From a virus, in IMG/VR virus record IMGVR_UViG_2509601031_000003: a stretch of 64,000 bases of DNA; one strand, written 5' to 3'. Each line of letters begins with the position of its first letter. Positions within the stretch are counted from its first letter, which is position 1. Below, in pieces: positions 8,895 through 20,400 of the stretch. Position numbers and translations under genes: made by a program. The notes below the pieces were generated by a model. It made no database searches. It worked only from the letters and a program-made list of their open reading frames with translations, and was not told the DNA's origin.

Positions 8895-10670
8895 AACCTT
8901 AACTTGGTTCGCAAAATTGCCAGCAGGTTTAGCAGTGAGGCTGAGACGTTTGATGATTTTGTAAGTATTGGGACGATCGGCTTAATGAAAGCTGTCGAGC
9001 GATTCGATGAATCGAAAGGGTTTGCGTTTAGTACCTTTGCAGTCCCGTACATCAAAGGCGAAATCCTCCACTACATCAGAAGCGCTAAAGGAGAGTTGAT
9101 CCGACATCGCCGAGGTGAACGACGGCAATATATTCAGAGCCTTGATGCTCCGCTTAGCTCGGATTCAGAAACAACTCGACTAGACATCGTTGCTGACGAT
9201 CTTATTGTTGTAGAACCCGATGACGAGCAAGTTCAACTCAAGGCAATTCTGAATCAATTAACTTACCCGTCACGTGAAGTCCTTCTCCTAACTCAATTAA
9301 ACGGACTCCGAAAGAAAGAAGCTGCTGCATGGTTTGAAGTTGATCCGACGACAATTCAGCGCTGGTTAAGCAAAGCACAGGTCGAAATTGAAGCAGCCAA
9401 ACAAGATCATCGGTTCAAGACTCAGACCTACAAGCGAGAGCGTAATGCACTGCCTTATCGTGACGACATTAGCAAAGAACTTGTGTTCCCTGAATTCAAA
9501 TCACGCTGTCAGGTTTGCGATCGCATATTTGCGCTCTGGAAGAAACCAAGTCGCATTCCCCAAACCTGCTCTAGTGTTTGCGCCCGCAAGCTCTCTGCAC
9601 AAGCGAATTCTATAAACATATGGAGCGATGCCGAACTAGATTTTCTTAAATCAAGAATCGGCAAGATGCCCACAGCAAAAATCTATGAGTCATTCCACGT
9701 CGCGGCTGCTCACCACGGATGGACAGATCGCACTGATGTTGCTCTAAAAGTTAAAATTACGCGCCTTGCAAAATCCGTGAAGTGTGTTGATGACGGATGG
9801 AGCATGACCGATCTCGCTAAACGGTTAGATGTCCCAGTAGATCGTATTCGTGTCTGGAAAAAGCGCGGACTCAAAACAGAGATGGTTGCGCGAGGCATAA
9901 CAGGTCAATGTGTCATTTATCGAGTTGCGCTACATGAATTCTGCACTGAGCATTTTTGGCGGTTCTCAGGCATTGATATCGATAGGTTGAGCGAGATTTT
10001 AGGAGATCGCGCTCTTGCTGAGAAATGCGCGGCTCAACCCCTGAAAAAGAAGCGTGTTGAGGTACAAGATCTTAGATCGAAGAAGATTTACCGGAGTGCC
10101 CGCGAAGCTGCGAGAGTATTAGGGGTTGAACGTCAGTTTGTGCTGCGTGAGATTAAGCGAGAGGAGAACGCACTGCTTAAACAAAGCCACGTCGAAACGA
10201 TTGGTCATTCTGAGCTTGTTCCATCGATCGATGAACTGAAAAGGCGAACCTCGCTGATTGATCCATCTCTACCAATGAAAGTGCGCGTGTTCCGTTCTCC
10301 TGACGGCAAACTATACGAAACCAATAATCTCAACTGGTTTGCACAGGTACATGGTTTACAATCTCCTTTACTGTCATCGCTTGCAAACGGGTTTCAGGAT
10401 TCTCATCTCGGTTGGACACGTCCTTTTGGTTCCTATCAACTGCGGCTAATTACTCCATCCAAACGAGAGGATGTGGTGGTGCAGGAAGGTACAACAATTT
10501 TTGATCTAAATGATCCGGGTGATCGGCTGCGAGCTTATCTTACTCCAGATGAAGGGATGCAAGTTTTCGTGATGCCAGAAAGTACGATCTTGAAAGATCC
10601 CGAAACCAAGCTACGGGAATACGCGAAGCTGCACAGACTTGAAATTATTTGTTGCAAAAAGAGAGGCTGA
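8850..10670 (+). CDS. Sigma-70 family factor fused to Zn-finger, HTH and NUMOD-like DNA-binding modules
   Basis: Region 2 NLNLVRKIA...GTIGLMKAVERFDESKGFAFSTFAVPYIKGEILHYIR; region 4 HTH; then CQVC..CSSVC, WSDAELDFLK, MTDLAKRLDV..IRVWKKRG, YRSAREAARVLGV. Confidence 0.85.
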   Translation: MTTQTRREIQRIAEQNLNLVRKIASRFSSEAETFDDFVSIGTIGLMKAVERFDESKGFAFSTFAVPYIKGEILHYIRSAKGELIRHRRGERRQYIQSLDAPLSSDSETTRLDIVADDLIVVEPDDEQVQLKAILNQLTYPSREVLLLTQLNGLRKKEAAAWFEVDPTTIQRWLSKAQVEIEAAKQDHRFKTQTYKRERNALPYRDDISKELVFPEFKSRCQVCDRIFALWKKPSRIPQTCSSVCARKLSAQANSINIWSDAELDFLKSRIGKMPTAKIYESFHVAAAHHGWTDRTDVALKVKITRLAKSVKCVDDGWSMTDLAKRLDVPVDRIRVWKKRGLKTEMVARGITGQCVIYRVALHEFCTEHFWRFSGIDIDRLSEILGDRALAEKCAAQPLKKKRVEVQDLRSKKIYRSAREAARVLGVERQFVLREIKREENALLKQSHVETIGHSELVPSIDELKRRTSLIDPSLPMKVRVFRSPDGKLYETNNLNWFAQVHGLQSPLLSSLANGFQDSHLGWTRPFGSYQLRLITPSKREDVVVQEGTTIFDLNDPGDRLRAYLTPDEGMQVFVMPESTILKDPETKLREYAKLHRLEIICCKKRG

Positions 10671-10692
10671 AATCGGTCACGCTGTCTGATTT
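10670..10692. repeat. 23-bp palindrome copy 6
   Basis: AAATCGGTCA-CGC-TGTCTGATTT; overlaps both convergent stops. Confidence 0.93.
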
Positions 10693-11264
10693 GATGAGTT
10701 TCCAGGTTGCAAGCTCCAACCCTGCTTCCAATGGTTTTCGATTACGACACCTTTCGCTCTGAGTCGATAGATATATTGCTTTGCATCATCAATTGTCGAG
10801 ACTCCTAGAAACTCGCGAATCTCTGAAGCAGTTAAAATTCGCTGTGAATTATCAACAAAGAATTGATACAACTGCCTTTGTCTCTCAGATCTGAAACGGT
10901 TCTTTTCTTCCGGGATTTCTTCGACTTCTAAAAGATGCCCTAATGCAGCGTTGATCCTGAGCATCACCTCACAAAAATCAAACGGCTTTTTGATATATTC
11001 GATCGCTCCATTACGAAACGCCTTTGCAATCTCGTAATCGCACTCATCACCAATTACAATTTTGGGGGTTTTCCGAGAAATACTTTTGATCTTTGGAGCA
11101 TCTATTAACGCTGCAACGATCGAATCTTTATCGAATCTCGAATTCCAATCAACAAACTGAAAGTCAAGACAATATCGACTCAGATACTTCACCAGCTTGT
11201 TGTAATCCGTGAGAACAAGAATGTCTCCGCTCTTAGCCACGATCTCTTTCACTTGATAATCCAT
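10677..11264 (-). CDS. Atypical response regulator (receiver + winged HTH)
   Basis: AFRNGAIEYIKKPFDFCEVMLRI receiver C-terminus; YIYRLRAKG...ENHWKQGWSL OmpR-like wing. Confidence 0.7.
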   Translation of the reverse strand: MDYQVKEIVAKSGDILVLTDYNKLVKYLSRYCLDFQFVDWNSRFDKDSIVAALIDAPKIKSISRKTPKIVIGDECDYEIAKAFRNGAIEYIKKPFDFCEVMLRINAALGHLLEVEEIPEEKNRFRSERQRQLYQFFVDNSQRILTASEIREFLGVSTIDDAKQYIYRLRAKGVVIENHWKQGWSLQPGNSSNQTA

Positions 11265-11315
11265 CGCCAGCGCTCCGAGTTTGGATTTCTCGGAGCCGCC
11301 GGACGCTGAAGAGAT

Positions 11316-11558
11316 TTACTCTTGCTTTTCTATTCCTGGCAGCCCATTTACCGCCAGTACAACCTTGCTCAAGTCCAGTTCCTTCACCTGCTGAGTGAAA
11401 ATCTCCCCAGTTTGAACTTTAACTTCTGTGCGGCGGGGCTGATAGCCGTAGTTCTTTTTCCCGTCCTCCTCGGACACTACTGCCCAGTCAGAGGTTTCAT
11501 ACTCGACTTCGCAGACCTCTTCGATCGTGACTTTGTAATGCAGTGTCTTTCTGTTCAT
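11316..11558 (-). CDS. Hypothetical protein
   Basis: 80-aa ORF coupled to upstream gene. Confidence 0.5.
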   Translation of the reverse strand: MNRKTLHYKVTIEEVCEVEYETSDWAVVSEEDGKKNYGYQPRRTEVKVQTGEIFTQQVKELDLSKVVLAVNGLPGIEKQE

Positions 11559-11746
11559 TGTTGATATCCTTGATTCTTAATCCACACCCCGATCGCTTCC
11601 TTGTTCGCAATCCACCCGCGCAAAACAGTAGACATATCTAAGCCGTGTCGATCGCACCATTGCTCAAAGTCCTCTTTTCCAGCCTGCTCAATGTAAAAGC
11701 TCAGCTTAGCTTGATTTTCACGCTTCTGTGAGTTTGTGTTGCTCAT
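11555..11746 (-). CDS. Small RHH/CopG-like protein
   Basis: KLSFYIEQAGKEDFEQWCDRHGLDMSTVLRGWI. Confidence 0.5.
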   Translation of the reverse strand: MSNTNSQKRENQAKLSFYIEQAGKEDFEQWCDRHGLDMSTVLRGWIANKEAIGVWIKNQGYQQ

Positions 11747-11842
11747 TTCAGGAGCATTTCGGGATTAGTTCGTGAACATTTTGAACTATAGCCGCTAAAT
11801 CGCCATTAGAAAGGGTCAACAACTTTTGAACCCCAACCTATT

Positions 11843-12637
11843 ATGACGATTCGCAACTTTGAAGCAAAAGGCTTCTTTACCGACAACCCAGTCATCGGAC
11901 CTGGTTCCACTCCAACACAGAAAGCATTAATCGACCTACCGATTATCAGTACTACCATCTCGAAAGAAGTCGAAGAAACCGAAGTCGAGGGAACCGTGGA
12001 CGGAACCTGTGAGGTACAAATCCTCGATACCATCATCACGAGATCGACTTGGAACGTTTCGTTTGAAGTTCAGAAACTTCGCTCTGATGCGATCGCTCTA
12101 TTGATGGGCGAAACTTGGGCGGCTGCTCCAAACAGCAAAATCTCTAACTTCAAAATGACCTCAGTGCCCGTGATCGGAGATCCTGAAATCACTGACACGA
12201 AGCTGGTAGACGCTGAAGTTGATGATGTCAAAGTCTCTGTTTATGCAGGTGGCACTTGGGGTTTACCTCGCTATTTAGAAGTCGTCACGACTGGAACTCC
12301 GACCGTCAATCAGGTTCTACTTGACGACACCGCTGGGACACTCACCTTTAACGCAGGACTCGCAGGCGCGCCGATTAAGTACTCGGTCGATGAAATTGTC
12401 GCATCGGGTCTAGAATCCCTCGGCATTGCTGATTCGCCACGGCGGTTGAATAACCTGTTATTCCGCGGTGTTCTTTGCTCGACTGAGCCTGAAATCGTCA
12501 TGGTTGAGATGGACTTATCTCCCTCCGGTGGCTTCGAGCTTCCGATCGGTGGAGATCCCGGAGTGACACTCGAATATCGCGCTGTGGTCAAAGGCGCAAA
12601 TCGTTCACCTGTCCGCATGTTCCGAAAGGCTGCATAA
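11843..12637 (+). CDS. Putative major tail (tube) protein
   Basis: 264 aa, beta-rich acidic; first gene of rightward operon ending in tape measure. Confidence 0.6.
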   Translation: MTIRNFEAKGFFTDNPVIGPGSTPTQKALIDLPIISTTISKEVEETEVEGTVDGTCEVQILDTIITRSTWNVSFEVQKLRSDAIALLMGETWAAAPNSKISNFKMTSVPVIGDPEITDTKLVDAEVDDVKVSVYAGGTWGLPRYLEVVTTGTPTVNQVLLDDTAGTLTFNAGLAGAPIKYSVDEIVASGLESLGIADSPRRLNNLLFRGVLCSTEPEIVMVEMDLSPSGGFELPIGGDPGVTLEYRAVVKGANRSPVRMFRKAA

Positions 12638-12681
12638 TTCCTAGACGGTGGCGCACAGCATTCCTCGCCACCGCCTGAACT

Positions 12682-13302
12682 ATGGCTATTCGAGAATTCT
12701 TTAAAGACGAAATCCACTGGCGCGATCGCACGGGTAAACTCCGCATTATTGAGGGTCTGTCTCTGCCCAACCGACTGCGGTTTTTAGAATACCGGGCGAT
12801 CGCTTGGGGCATCATTCAAGCCAGCCCCGATTTACCAGGGTCAGTGCTGTATGACTCGAACCGTGAGTTTCGCGATCGCGCAAATTCAATGCTGTTACTT
12901 GCAGGCGTTGATCCGGAGTGGTGCAACTGGGAATTACTCGAAGGACTGCTATTTCGGCATGAGGGCAATGATGGTCTGATTGTTCAGATGGAGTTTCCCG
13001 CCACTGATCCAGAAGCAAAAATTGTCGAAGATCCCTCGAATCAGTATCACCGCGCGATCGCGGCTTTGATGCTGCTAGAGATGGACTTTGCCAAAGCGAA
13101 ACAAACTGTTGATTCAACCCCGTGGAATGAATTGCAGGGCGTTTTAGAGCAATTCTCAGCAATGCGATCTGGAAAGCCGAAACAGGCAGAAATCAAAGAT
13201 GAAGATGTCCTGAAAGCCTGGGGAATGACCAGACCAACCGAGCAGCAAGCAGAACCCATTACCTCATTCGAGCAGATGGGATTTCAAGAAATCACAATTT
13301 GA
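12682..13302 (+). CDS. Putative tail assembly chaperone
   Basis: Follows tail tube; paralogous to 14110-14460. Confidence 0.45.
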   Translation: MAIREFFKDEIHWRDRTGKLRIIEGLSLPNRLRFLEYRAIAWGIIQASPDLPGSVLYDSNREFRDRANSMLLLAGVDPEWCNWELLEGLLFRHEGNDGLIVQMEFPATDPEAKIVEDPSNQYHRAIAALMLLEMDFAKAKQTVDSTPWNELQGVLEQFSAMRSGKPKQAEIKDEDVLKAWGMTRPTEQQAEPITSFEQMGFQEITI

Positions 13303-13324
13303 AAACGGACACGCTGTCCGATTT
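13302..13324. repeat. 23-bp palindrome copy 7
   Basis: AAAACGGACA-CGC-TGTCCGATTT; overlaps stop 13302. Confidence 0.95.
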
Positions 13325-13329
13325 GAAGT

Positions 13330-13824
13330 ATGGAGATTCGATACAGGCGGACGGACTATGTGGCAAATCGATTTAAATCGTTACTGCCGCAGATTCAAGA
13401 CGCGATCGAAACTCGTTTTATTGATGCTGCGGCAACCCTGCAATCTGACACCCCGCAAGATACGGGGAAAGCGGCAGGGGCGTGGGATATCAACACGCGC
13501 TTAAAAGGCAAAGATATTGAACTCACGATCGTCAATGACGCTAAAACCGAAACCGGACAGCCTTACGGATTACTGGCTTTAGAGGGTCGCGCACCGGGTA
13601 AATTCCCGCCCTATGGCGACACTTCGCATTTAGCAAGGTGGGCAAAAGTTCGCGGGATTCCGCCTTTTCTCGTCGCTCGTAAAATTGCTCGCGAAGGAAC
13701 TGAGCGTTTCAAAGATGGACCGCATCACTTTAGTCAGGATGGTCAGCCCGTTGAAGACGGGGCGATCTCAACCGCGATAAAACTGGTAAAACAGGACATT
13801 CAACGGATTAAGGAAAAATCATGA
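13330..13824 (+). CDS. HK97 gp10-like tail-completion/morphogenesis protein
   Basis: TPQDTGKAAGAW motif. Confidence 0.6.
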   Translation: MEIRYRRTDYVANRFKSLLPQIQDAIETRFIDAAATLQSDTPQDTGKAAGAWDINTRLKGKDIELTIVNDAKTETGQPYGLLALEGRAPGKFPPYGDTSHLARWAKVRGIPPFLVARKIAREGTERFKDGPHHFSQDGQPVEDGAISTAIKLVKQDIQRIKEKS

Positions 13825-14117
13825 CCGAGCATTTAGAGCAACTGACAACCATCAAAGCCTATCTTGCTGATGCCCTACTCACCGAGCGCCCAGCGATTCC
13901 GCCCAGTATTGATGAATCCCTCGCGATTTTGCAGCAAGCGCAGGAGCAGACCGATCCCAACATCGCGACCTTAATGACCACGATCGCTTCTTTACTATCT
14001 GCTAATGCGGTACTCAATGCGACAAACGCTTCCCTTCAGCAGCAGGTGAATCAAAAGGATTCATTCATCGCTCAAGGTCTGCAAATCCTGGAAGAGTTGG
14101 TTCCGACCGATGTTTGA
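13821..14117 (+). CDS. Hypothetical coiled-coil protein
   Basis: Coupled ORF in tail operon. Confidence 0.5.
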   Translation: MTEHLEQLTTIKAYLADALLTERPAIPPSIDESLAILQQAQEQTDPNIATLMTTIASLLSANAVLNATNASLQQQVNQKDSFIAQGLQILEELVPTDV

Positions 14118-14460
14118 TGCAGAGTTCCCCAAGTTTCGATTCACCGATCGCGACGGGTGGAGCCGCATTATCCCAGGCATCAAAGCAACCCAATTCGATG
14201 AGTTCCGCGAACTCTATCGATTGTTCTGGCGGCGCTGTCCTCAAGGGGTGAACTTTATCGAAGCAATCTCGCGGGATGAAGAACTTTATAAAATCGCGCT
14301 CCATCTCTGTGAACTCGCAAACATTAAGCCCGAATGGTTAAGCCCACATATTGTGGCGGGCTTAGTTCACTCCTACACCGACTCAACTGGAGCGCAGCAT
14401 TTCGGGGTGCTGCAAAAGCTCTATTTTCCGAACCCTGACGATGTGATCCCTAAAGGTTAA
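14110..14460 (+). CDS. Putative tail assembly chaperone (paralog of 12682-13302)
   Basis: Directly upstream of tape measure; shared DRxGxxRIIxG and LAxxxPEW motifs. Confidence 0.5.
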   Translation: MFDAEFPKFRFTDRDGWSRIIPGIKATQFDEFRELYRLFWRRCPQGVNFIEAISRDEELYKIALHLCELANIKPEWLSPHIVAGLVHSYTDSTGAQHFGVLQKLYFPNPDDVIPKG

Positions 14461-14465
14461 GAGCA

Positions 14466-17400
14466 ATGGCAGTTTCAGAAGAAATTTTCGAGTTTAAGAC
14501 CACTGGCTTAGGCGACATCATTAGCGCTTACCGCCAGATTGAGCAGGCTCAGAAATCAATTGAAACTGCCACAAAGCAGGCGACCGCAGTACTAGAGCGG
14601 CAGGAAGCGGCAATCTCGCAATTAGTTCGAGGCGGGCAGGAACTAACAAGGTCGAACAGCGCAGTTACACGATCGCTCAAAGATGTCCAGTCTGGATTAT
14701 CTGACCAGCTTGCGCTTGAACGCCAACTGGCCCAACAAATTCGAGCCACGAATGGAGCCTACCGCGATCGCTCTGCCGCGTCAAACAATCCTGATCCGCT
14801 CGGAATTAGCGGGGCATTGACTGATTCGATTACCAGCTCGATTCAAAAGGGCTTTGAGAATCTAAAGCAGGGCAACATCTTAGGGACACTGGGCAATATT
14901 GCCGCCGCGCCGTTTAGCGCGATCGGATCAGTAGCCTCGACTGCTCTATCAGGGATTGGGTTTGGTCTAGTTCAGTCGATTACGAACCCAATCGGTGCTA
15001 AGTTCGGGCAGGGGTTATCGAACGCTTTAGAAAACTCACTTTCTCAGAGTGTGGGGAGTTCTGAACTACTGGCTGAGAAAGTAGGAGGCGCGATCGGATC
15101 AGCGATTACGGGCGCGGTTTCATCTCGGCTGCAAGGACTGCCGGATATTCTTGAGGCGCAAATTGCCAAAATTGACGACAAAGAACTTCGTAAAAAACTA
15201 GAGAACGTCTTAGCGCAAGTTCGGGAAGCGCCGGGGCAGTTACGGCAAAGTGTCACCGATACGATCGGGCAAGACAACATTTTGCGAGAAGGGCTTGCGG
15301 TGCGCGGCACTCAGCAGCAATCACGCGAAGCTCGAACCCCGCAAATTCGGGAGCAGGCGGTACAAGAATGGCGGCAAGCTATCGAGCAATTAAGCCGCAT
15401 CGAAACCGCCGCAACTCAAAGACTCGCTGCGCTAGAACAGCAGATTCAAGAGCGCCAGTCTGAATTTAATCAGGCGCAGAAACGCTATCAGAAAATCAAT
15501 CAGAAACTAGATGAGGCGCAGAAGTCCGGGCAGTCAACCGAGGCAATTAGCGCGATCGCAGAAGATCTGAGATTTGCCGGGGCTGATTTACAAAGCCTCT
15601 CGCAGACGATTACCGCGCTGTCTAAGTCTCGTCAAATTGCAACTCGCGCAGTTGAGGAGGCGCGCCAAGCGAGTATCACAGCGAGGGGACGCGTTGAGCA
15701 GGTTTTACCAGAGCGACAATCCCAAGCGTTTCTAGATGTTGCTCAAGCCACGCTTGGAAACATTAACCCTGAAAAGCTTCCCCGCTTAGTCGTGAATGAT
15801 GCGTTACTGAAGCGCGAGAACGCAGCGTCACTCTACCAACCTGCGCTAAACGCGATCGTTGTTACTGGGGAGATGTTTGAGGCGATTCAAAAAAATAGCC
15901 TCACCGAAAAACAGATCCGGGTCTTATCCGAGGAACTCGCGCACGCTCAAGATTTTGACTTTGGCTCAGCCCGTGGAATTGATGCGGCAAGACAAAACCG
16001 TGTCGTTACAGAGCGTCAGGTGCAGGCGACTCAGCAAGAGCTTTCACAGATTGCGCCTGAGCTAGGAAGATACGCGGCGGAGCGGCGCGCAGTAGAACTT
16101 AACGCAAAAGTTCAGGCGAGTCGCGGAACTGAGCGGGTCTTGCAGCAACGTCAACAACAGCAGAATTTACAGGCAATCACCGATATTGCTGCGCAGCAAG
16201 ATATCGCGCCCGTAAAACAGCAGTTTTTGACCGCGATTAAACTTCTACAAAGAACCGCGGCGGAGCAAGGAGCAGACTTAGGGCAAACAATCGCTCAGTA
16301 CATCCAAATCTACGAACAGCAATTCTCAAAAGTTCGCGCAGTTTCAGAAAAAGCAGCTCAGCAGGCGGGAACCGCAACTGAGGCGGAGATCGCCCAGTTG
16401 CAGGCGGAGTTACAGCAGGCGAACACCGCCGTCAAAGCCGTCATCACTTCGATTATCGGCAAAATCGAGAAACTAAAAACCCCAGAACCCCTACAAATCC
16501 CTCTCGATCTCAAACAGAATGAGCGCGAACTTGTCCCAGTTGAGCCTCGCGCCCAGGCGGAGAAACGCACTCTCAGACAAGATCAGCCCACAATTCGAGA
16601 GCGGGCTGCATCCGTTGCGGAAGGGGCCGGGCAAGCTGCTCGCGCCGTAGCGGAGGGAGCGCAGAAAACCGTCTCTACAATTCGTCAGGTCGGGGAAACG
16701 CTTCAAGCTCCAGCAGCGGCTTTAGCTCAGGGCGCGGGGGCAGCGGCCAAGGCGACAGTTGCGATCGCGAAAACAGGGTACAAAGTCGCGGAAGCGATGG
16801 AAGGCTTGGCGCTGGATATTATCCCCGCTGGTCGCACCATTAAATCAGTCGGTAAAAATGTCGCCCTTCCCGCCGCCGCATTCGGAGCGGCAACCGCTCT
16901 TTTACCCGGCGGCGCTGCAACAGTCGGAGCAGCTACACAACTTGCATCATCCGCGCTAGTTCCGCTCGGAAACGCAGCAAGTGCGTCTGCCGCAAGTGCG
17001 ATCGCGGGAGCAGTGCCGAATGTTCTCGGATTACAAGGCGCGATCGCGGGATCTGTTACCGCCGGGATTGATGTTGCCGTTGCAGGCGCATCCGTGGTTT
17101 TAGCAAAAACAGGTGTAGCTGTAGTGGGCGGGCGCACTGTTGCCGCTCTTGCAGGGCGAACAGCGCGAGTGATTACCGACGCGGTAAGTGATGCGATCGA
17201 CAAAGCGGCGGTCGCAACTGATGCGGTTAAGGTCAAAGCTGATACCGCAGAATCAAGAGTGCAGAACCGCGGGGCGATTGATGTCGCCGCAACCTCTGTT
17301 CAAACCGGACAGGCTGACCGAATTGAGCCGAAAGCAACTCGCCGAGAAATTGACGGCGCGATCGCACAAGCGAAGAAGTTAGACCAAGAATTTGCCGCAG

Positions 17401-20400
17401 CCTATCAAAAACTGAAAGAAGCGATTAAGTCTGGAGACGCTCGATTAGTCAATGCTTACGAAGAAACGATTCAGAAACTTGCGCTCAACGCAAAGCGCGA
17501 CATTGACGGGCTGATTGAGCAACTGAAATCAGCGGGGGATAACTCTGGGGCGATTGGTCAACTCGGGGGCGTGAAAGGTCGGCTCTCCCGAAAAGAAGGA
17601 TTAGTCGCCAAAGAAGTTGGCAAGTTCCGCAAGGAACAGGCTGCAAGAGGCGAAGACCTCAACGCCCAGGCGTTAGATCTCTCGGTCGGACTGGGCAATC
17701 TAGATGAAGGGCTGTTGGTACTCAAACGGGCGGCGGCTCGAACCGCTGATGCCCTCAATAGCGCGATCGCATCTTTCGCAGAAATTGAGAAGCAGAGCAA
17801 GCTCAGCGACACCGTTAGAAACGCCGCTCAAACTCCCAAGGTTCAAGCCGTAGCCAAAGACTTAGCGGTGAATACAGCAGGCTTCGCCGCCTCATCACTT
17901 GCCGCGAATCAAGGGAGTGTTGCAGGGCTGGCAGCGGACGCGATCGGAGCATTAGCCGCTCGAACCGCAATCAACACCCTCAGCCCGCTCGCGCAGGCAT
18001 ACATAGAACTTCGCAAATCTGTCGAGTTTCGCGAGAAGTCGAACGCGGAAAAGATTGACGCGATTCGCAATTTAGTCGAAAAGTATCGCGTCTCAGAAAA
18101 ACAGCAGGCGGATGAACTGTTCGGGGATATTGCCGGATTTGGAGTCGGGAATTTAGCGGCCCAGCTTCCGATCCCTGTTCCGCTCAAGGGCGCGATCGCA
18201 GCGTCTGCCGCTGTTCCCAAACTGCAGGCCCTTCGCGATCGCATCTCCGCCCAAACCCGACAACCGGATATCGCAAGAGGCGAGGATCTTAACGCTCAGG
18301 CTCTAGATCCGGGTCAGGTGTTTTCGTCGATTGATGGAAAACGTAGACGGCTGCTTGAGACACTGGAATTACAGCTTTCAATCGCGATCGACAAATTACA
18401 AGATCGCTTCAGAAAAGTAGGAGACACGCCGGAGCTAGACGAGAACCTAGTCAATGCGGCGGTTAATAATTACACGAAGCTGATCGATAAACTGACTAAA
18501 GCAAAAGTAGATCAAATCGATCGGATTGACGAGCAGCTCTTTAAGCGGTTTATCGAGGCAACGCAGAAGCAAATTACATCAACGCAAGGAGTCATCGATC
18601 GGCAAACGACACGGGGAACAGGCGGTGTCGATGTCACAAGCGTTCTCGACGATTTGGTTCAGAAAGAGTCTCAGGATTTAATTCGTCAGAACCAAGAAAA
18701 CCTGAGAAAAGCGCAGCGCCAAGCCTTTGAAAATGAGCGCAAAGGTCTTGCCGCAGTCGAGGGAGATTTAGCACTGTTGCGGGTCGATGATCCGGTTGAA
18801 GGTCAAAGCCTCGTCAGGCAGTTGAAACTCTTCTACGGGCGGCTCACAGCGGACATTCAGGAGAACGTTCGTAAACGACTGGATTCGCTTCTCACTGAGT
18901 CGCAAACCCTTGGCGCTGATATCGGTACAAGTCAGGCTGTATTCACCCAAAGGGGTGATACAGCGCAAGCCCAAAAACTAGGGCAGGTACAGCAAAGATT
19001 GAGTGCGGCGCAATCTGAAGCGCAACAAATACTGATCAAGCCGAGAGTTGAAGTCACTGACAAAGATTTAAATCGGCTCAAAGATTTAGAGCGCGAGATT
19101 CGAGACGTTTACAAAGCGGTCAACCTTCCCCCGCCTCCGGGGGGTGGGTTCTTAGGCGGCATTGGTGAAGACGCGGCGCTTTCAGGCGGGAAACTGTCCG
19201 GTATTGCCGGGTTGGGCGCGGCGGCTGTGGGCTTGGGCGCGGGTCAGTTTGCTCAGCAGGCTCTCGGTGCTACCGCGCGACAGGCGACCGAAACGTTCAA
19301 GGAATTTGCGAATTTTGACCAACAGCTAAGAACGTTTGGGGTGGTTTCGCAGGCGAGTCAAGAGCAGGTTGGAAAATTAAGAGCAGAAGTTGATCGACTT
19401 GCTGGTTCGACCACCTTCGGGAACAAGGAAATAGCGGCGGCTTCGATTAATTTGGCAAAACAGGGTTTCAACGCAGATCAAACAACTAAAGCCTTGAAAG
19501 GCGTAACGCTGTCAGCAAGCGCGTCTGGTGAGTCCCTAGAAACTACGGCGCAGGTAATTGGCGTTGCTCTGAACCAGTTCCAGCTAAACGCCACTGAATC
19601 CACAAAGGTTGCTGACTTACTCACTCAGGCTTCTAACGCTTCCGCCACCGGAACCGCTCAAATTGGCGAATCACTGAAATACGTGGGTGGGCAAGCGAAA
19701 GCTTCCGGTCAAAGTATTGAAGAGACGATCACTGTCCTCGCGTTAATGGCGGCTTCTGGGTTAGACGCTTCCAGCGCGGGCACAGGGCTTGCAGAGGCGC
19801 TGAAACGAATTAACCTTGCCTCCGCAAGTGCGACAACCGAGATGGAGGAGCTGAAGTCTCGCGGGTCAAAACAAGCGATCGCCGCGTTCCAACTCCTAAA
19901 CCAGGAAGTGCGCGGGGCTGACGGCAAACTCCTCCCGTTCACTCAGGTTCTACAAAAGCTAAAAGCGAATCTACAAAACTTCCCGAAACCAGAGCAGGAG
20001 TTAATTTTAAGCGCTTTGTTTGGCGTTCAAGGATCACGCGCTGTGCTTTCAGTGATTGGTCAAACCGACGAGAAAATCAAGTCTACGATCGGGACAATGC
20101 AGGAGTTTCAGGGAGCGTCCGAGAAAGCTGCGACCGCGTTAACCCAAGGGGCGCAAGGAGCGATCGAGAAATTCACGGGCGGTTTAGAAAAAGTAAGAAT
20201 CCAAGCTGGTGAAACAGCGGCGATTGCGTTTGTCCCCCTATTAAACGCGGCTTCAGCCCTGATTGACGGATTTACGTCTCTTCCCGCCCCGGTTCAGCAA
20301 ATTGTGATTGCGGTCGGCGGACTCGGAACCTCAATCACTGCTGCAACAATTGCGATCGCTGCATTCAACATTGCCAACAATTCAATTATCGGAACTGCGG

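Noticed and set aside
13821-14460. Programmed -1 frameshift joining the two genes before the tape measure
   Set aside because: No XXXYYYZ slippery heptamer seen at the overlap; the second gene has its own ATG and is a paralog of 12682-13302
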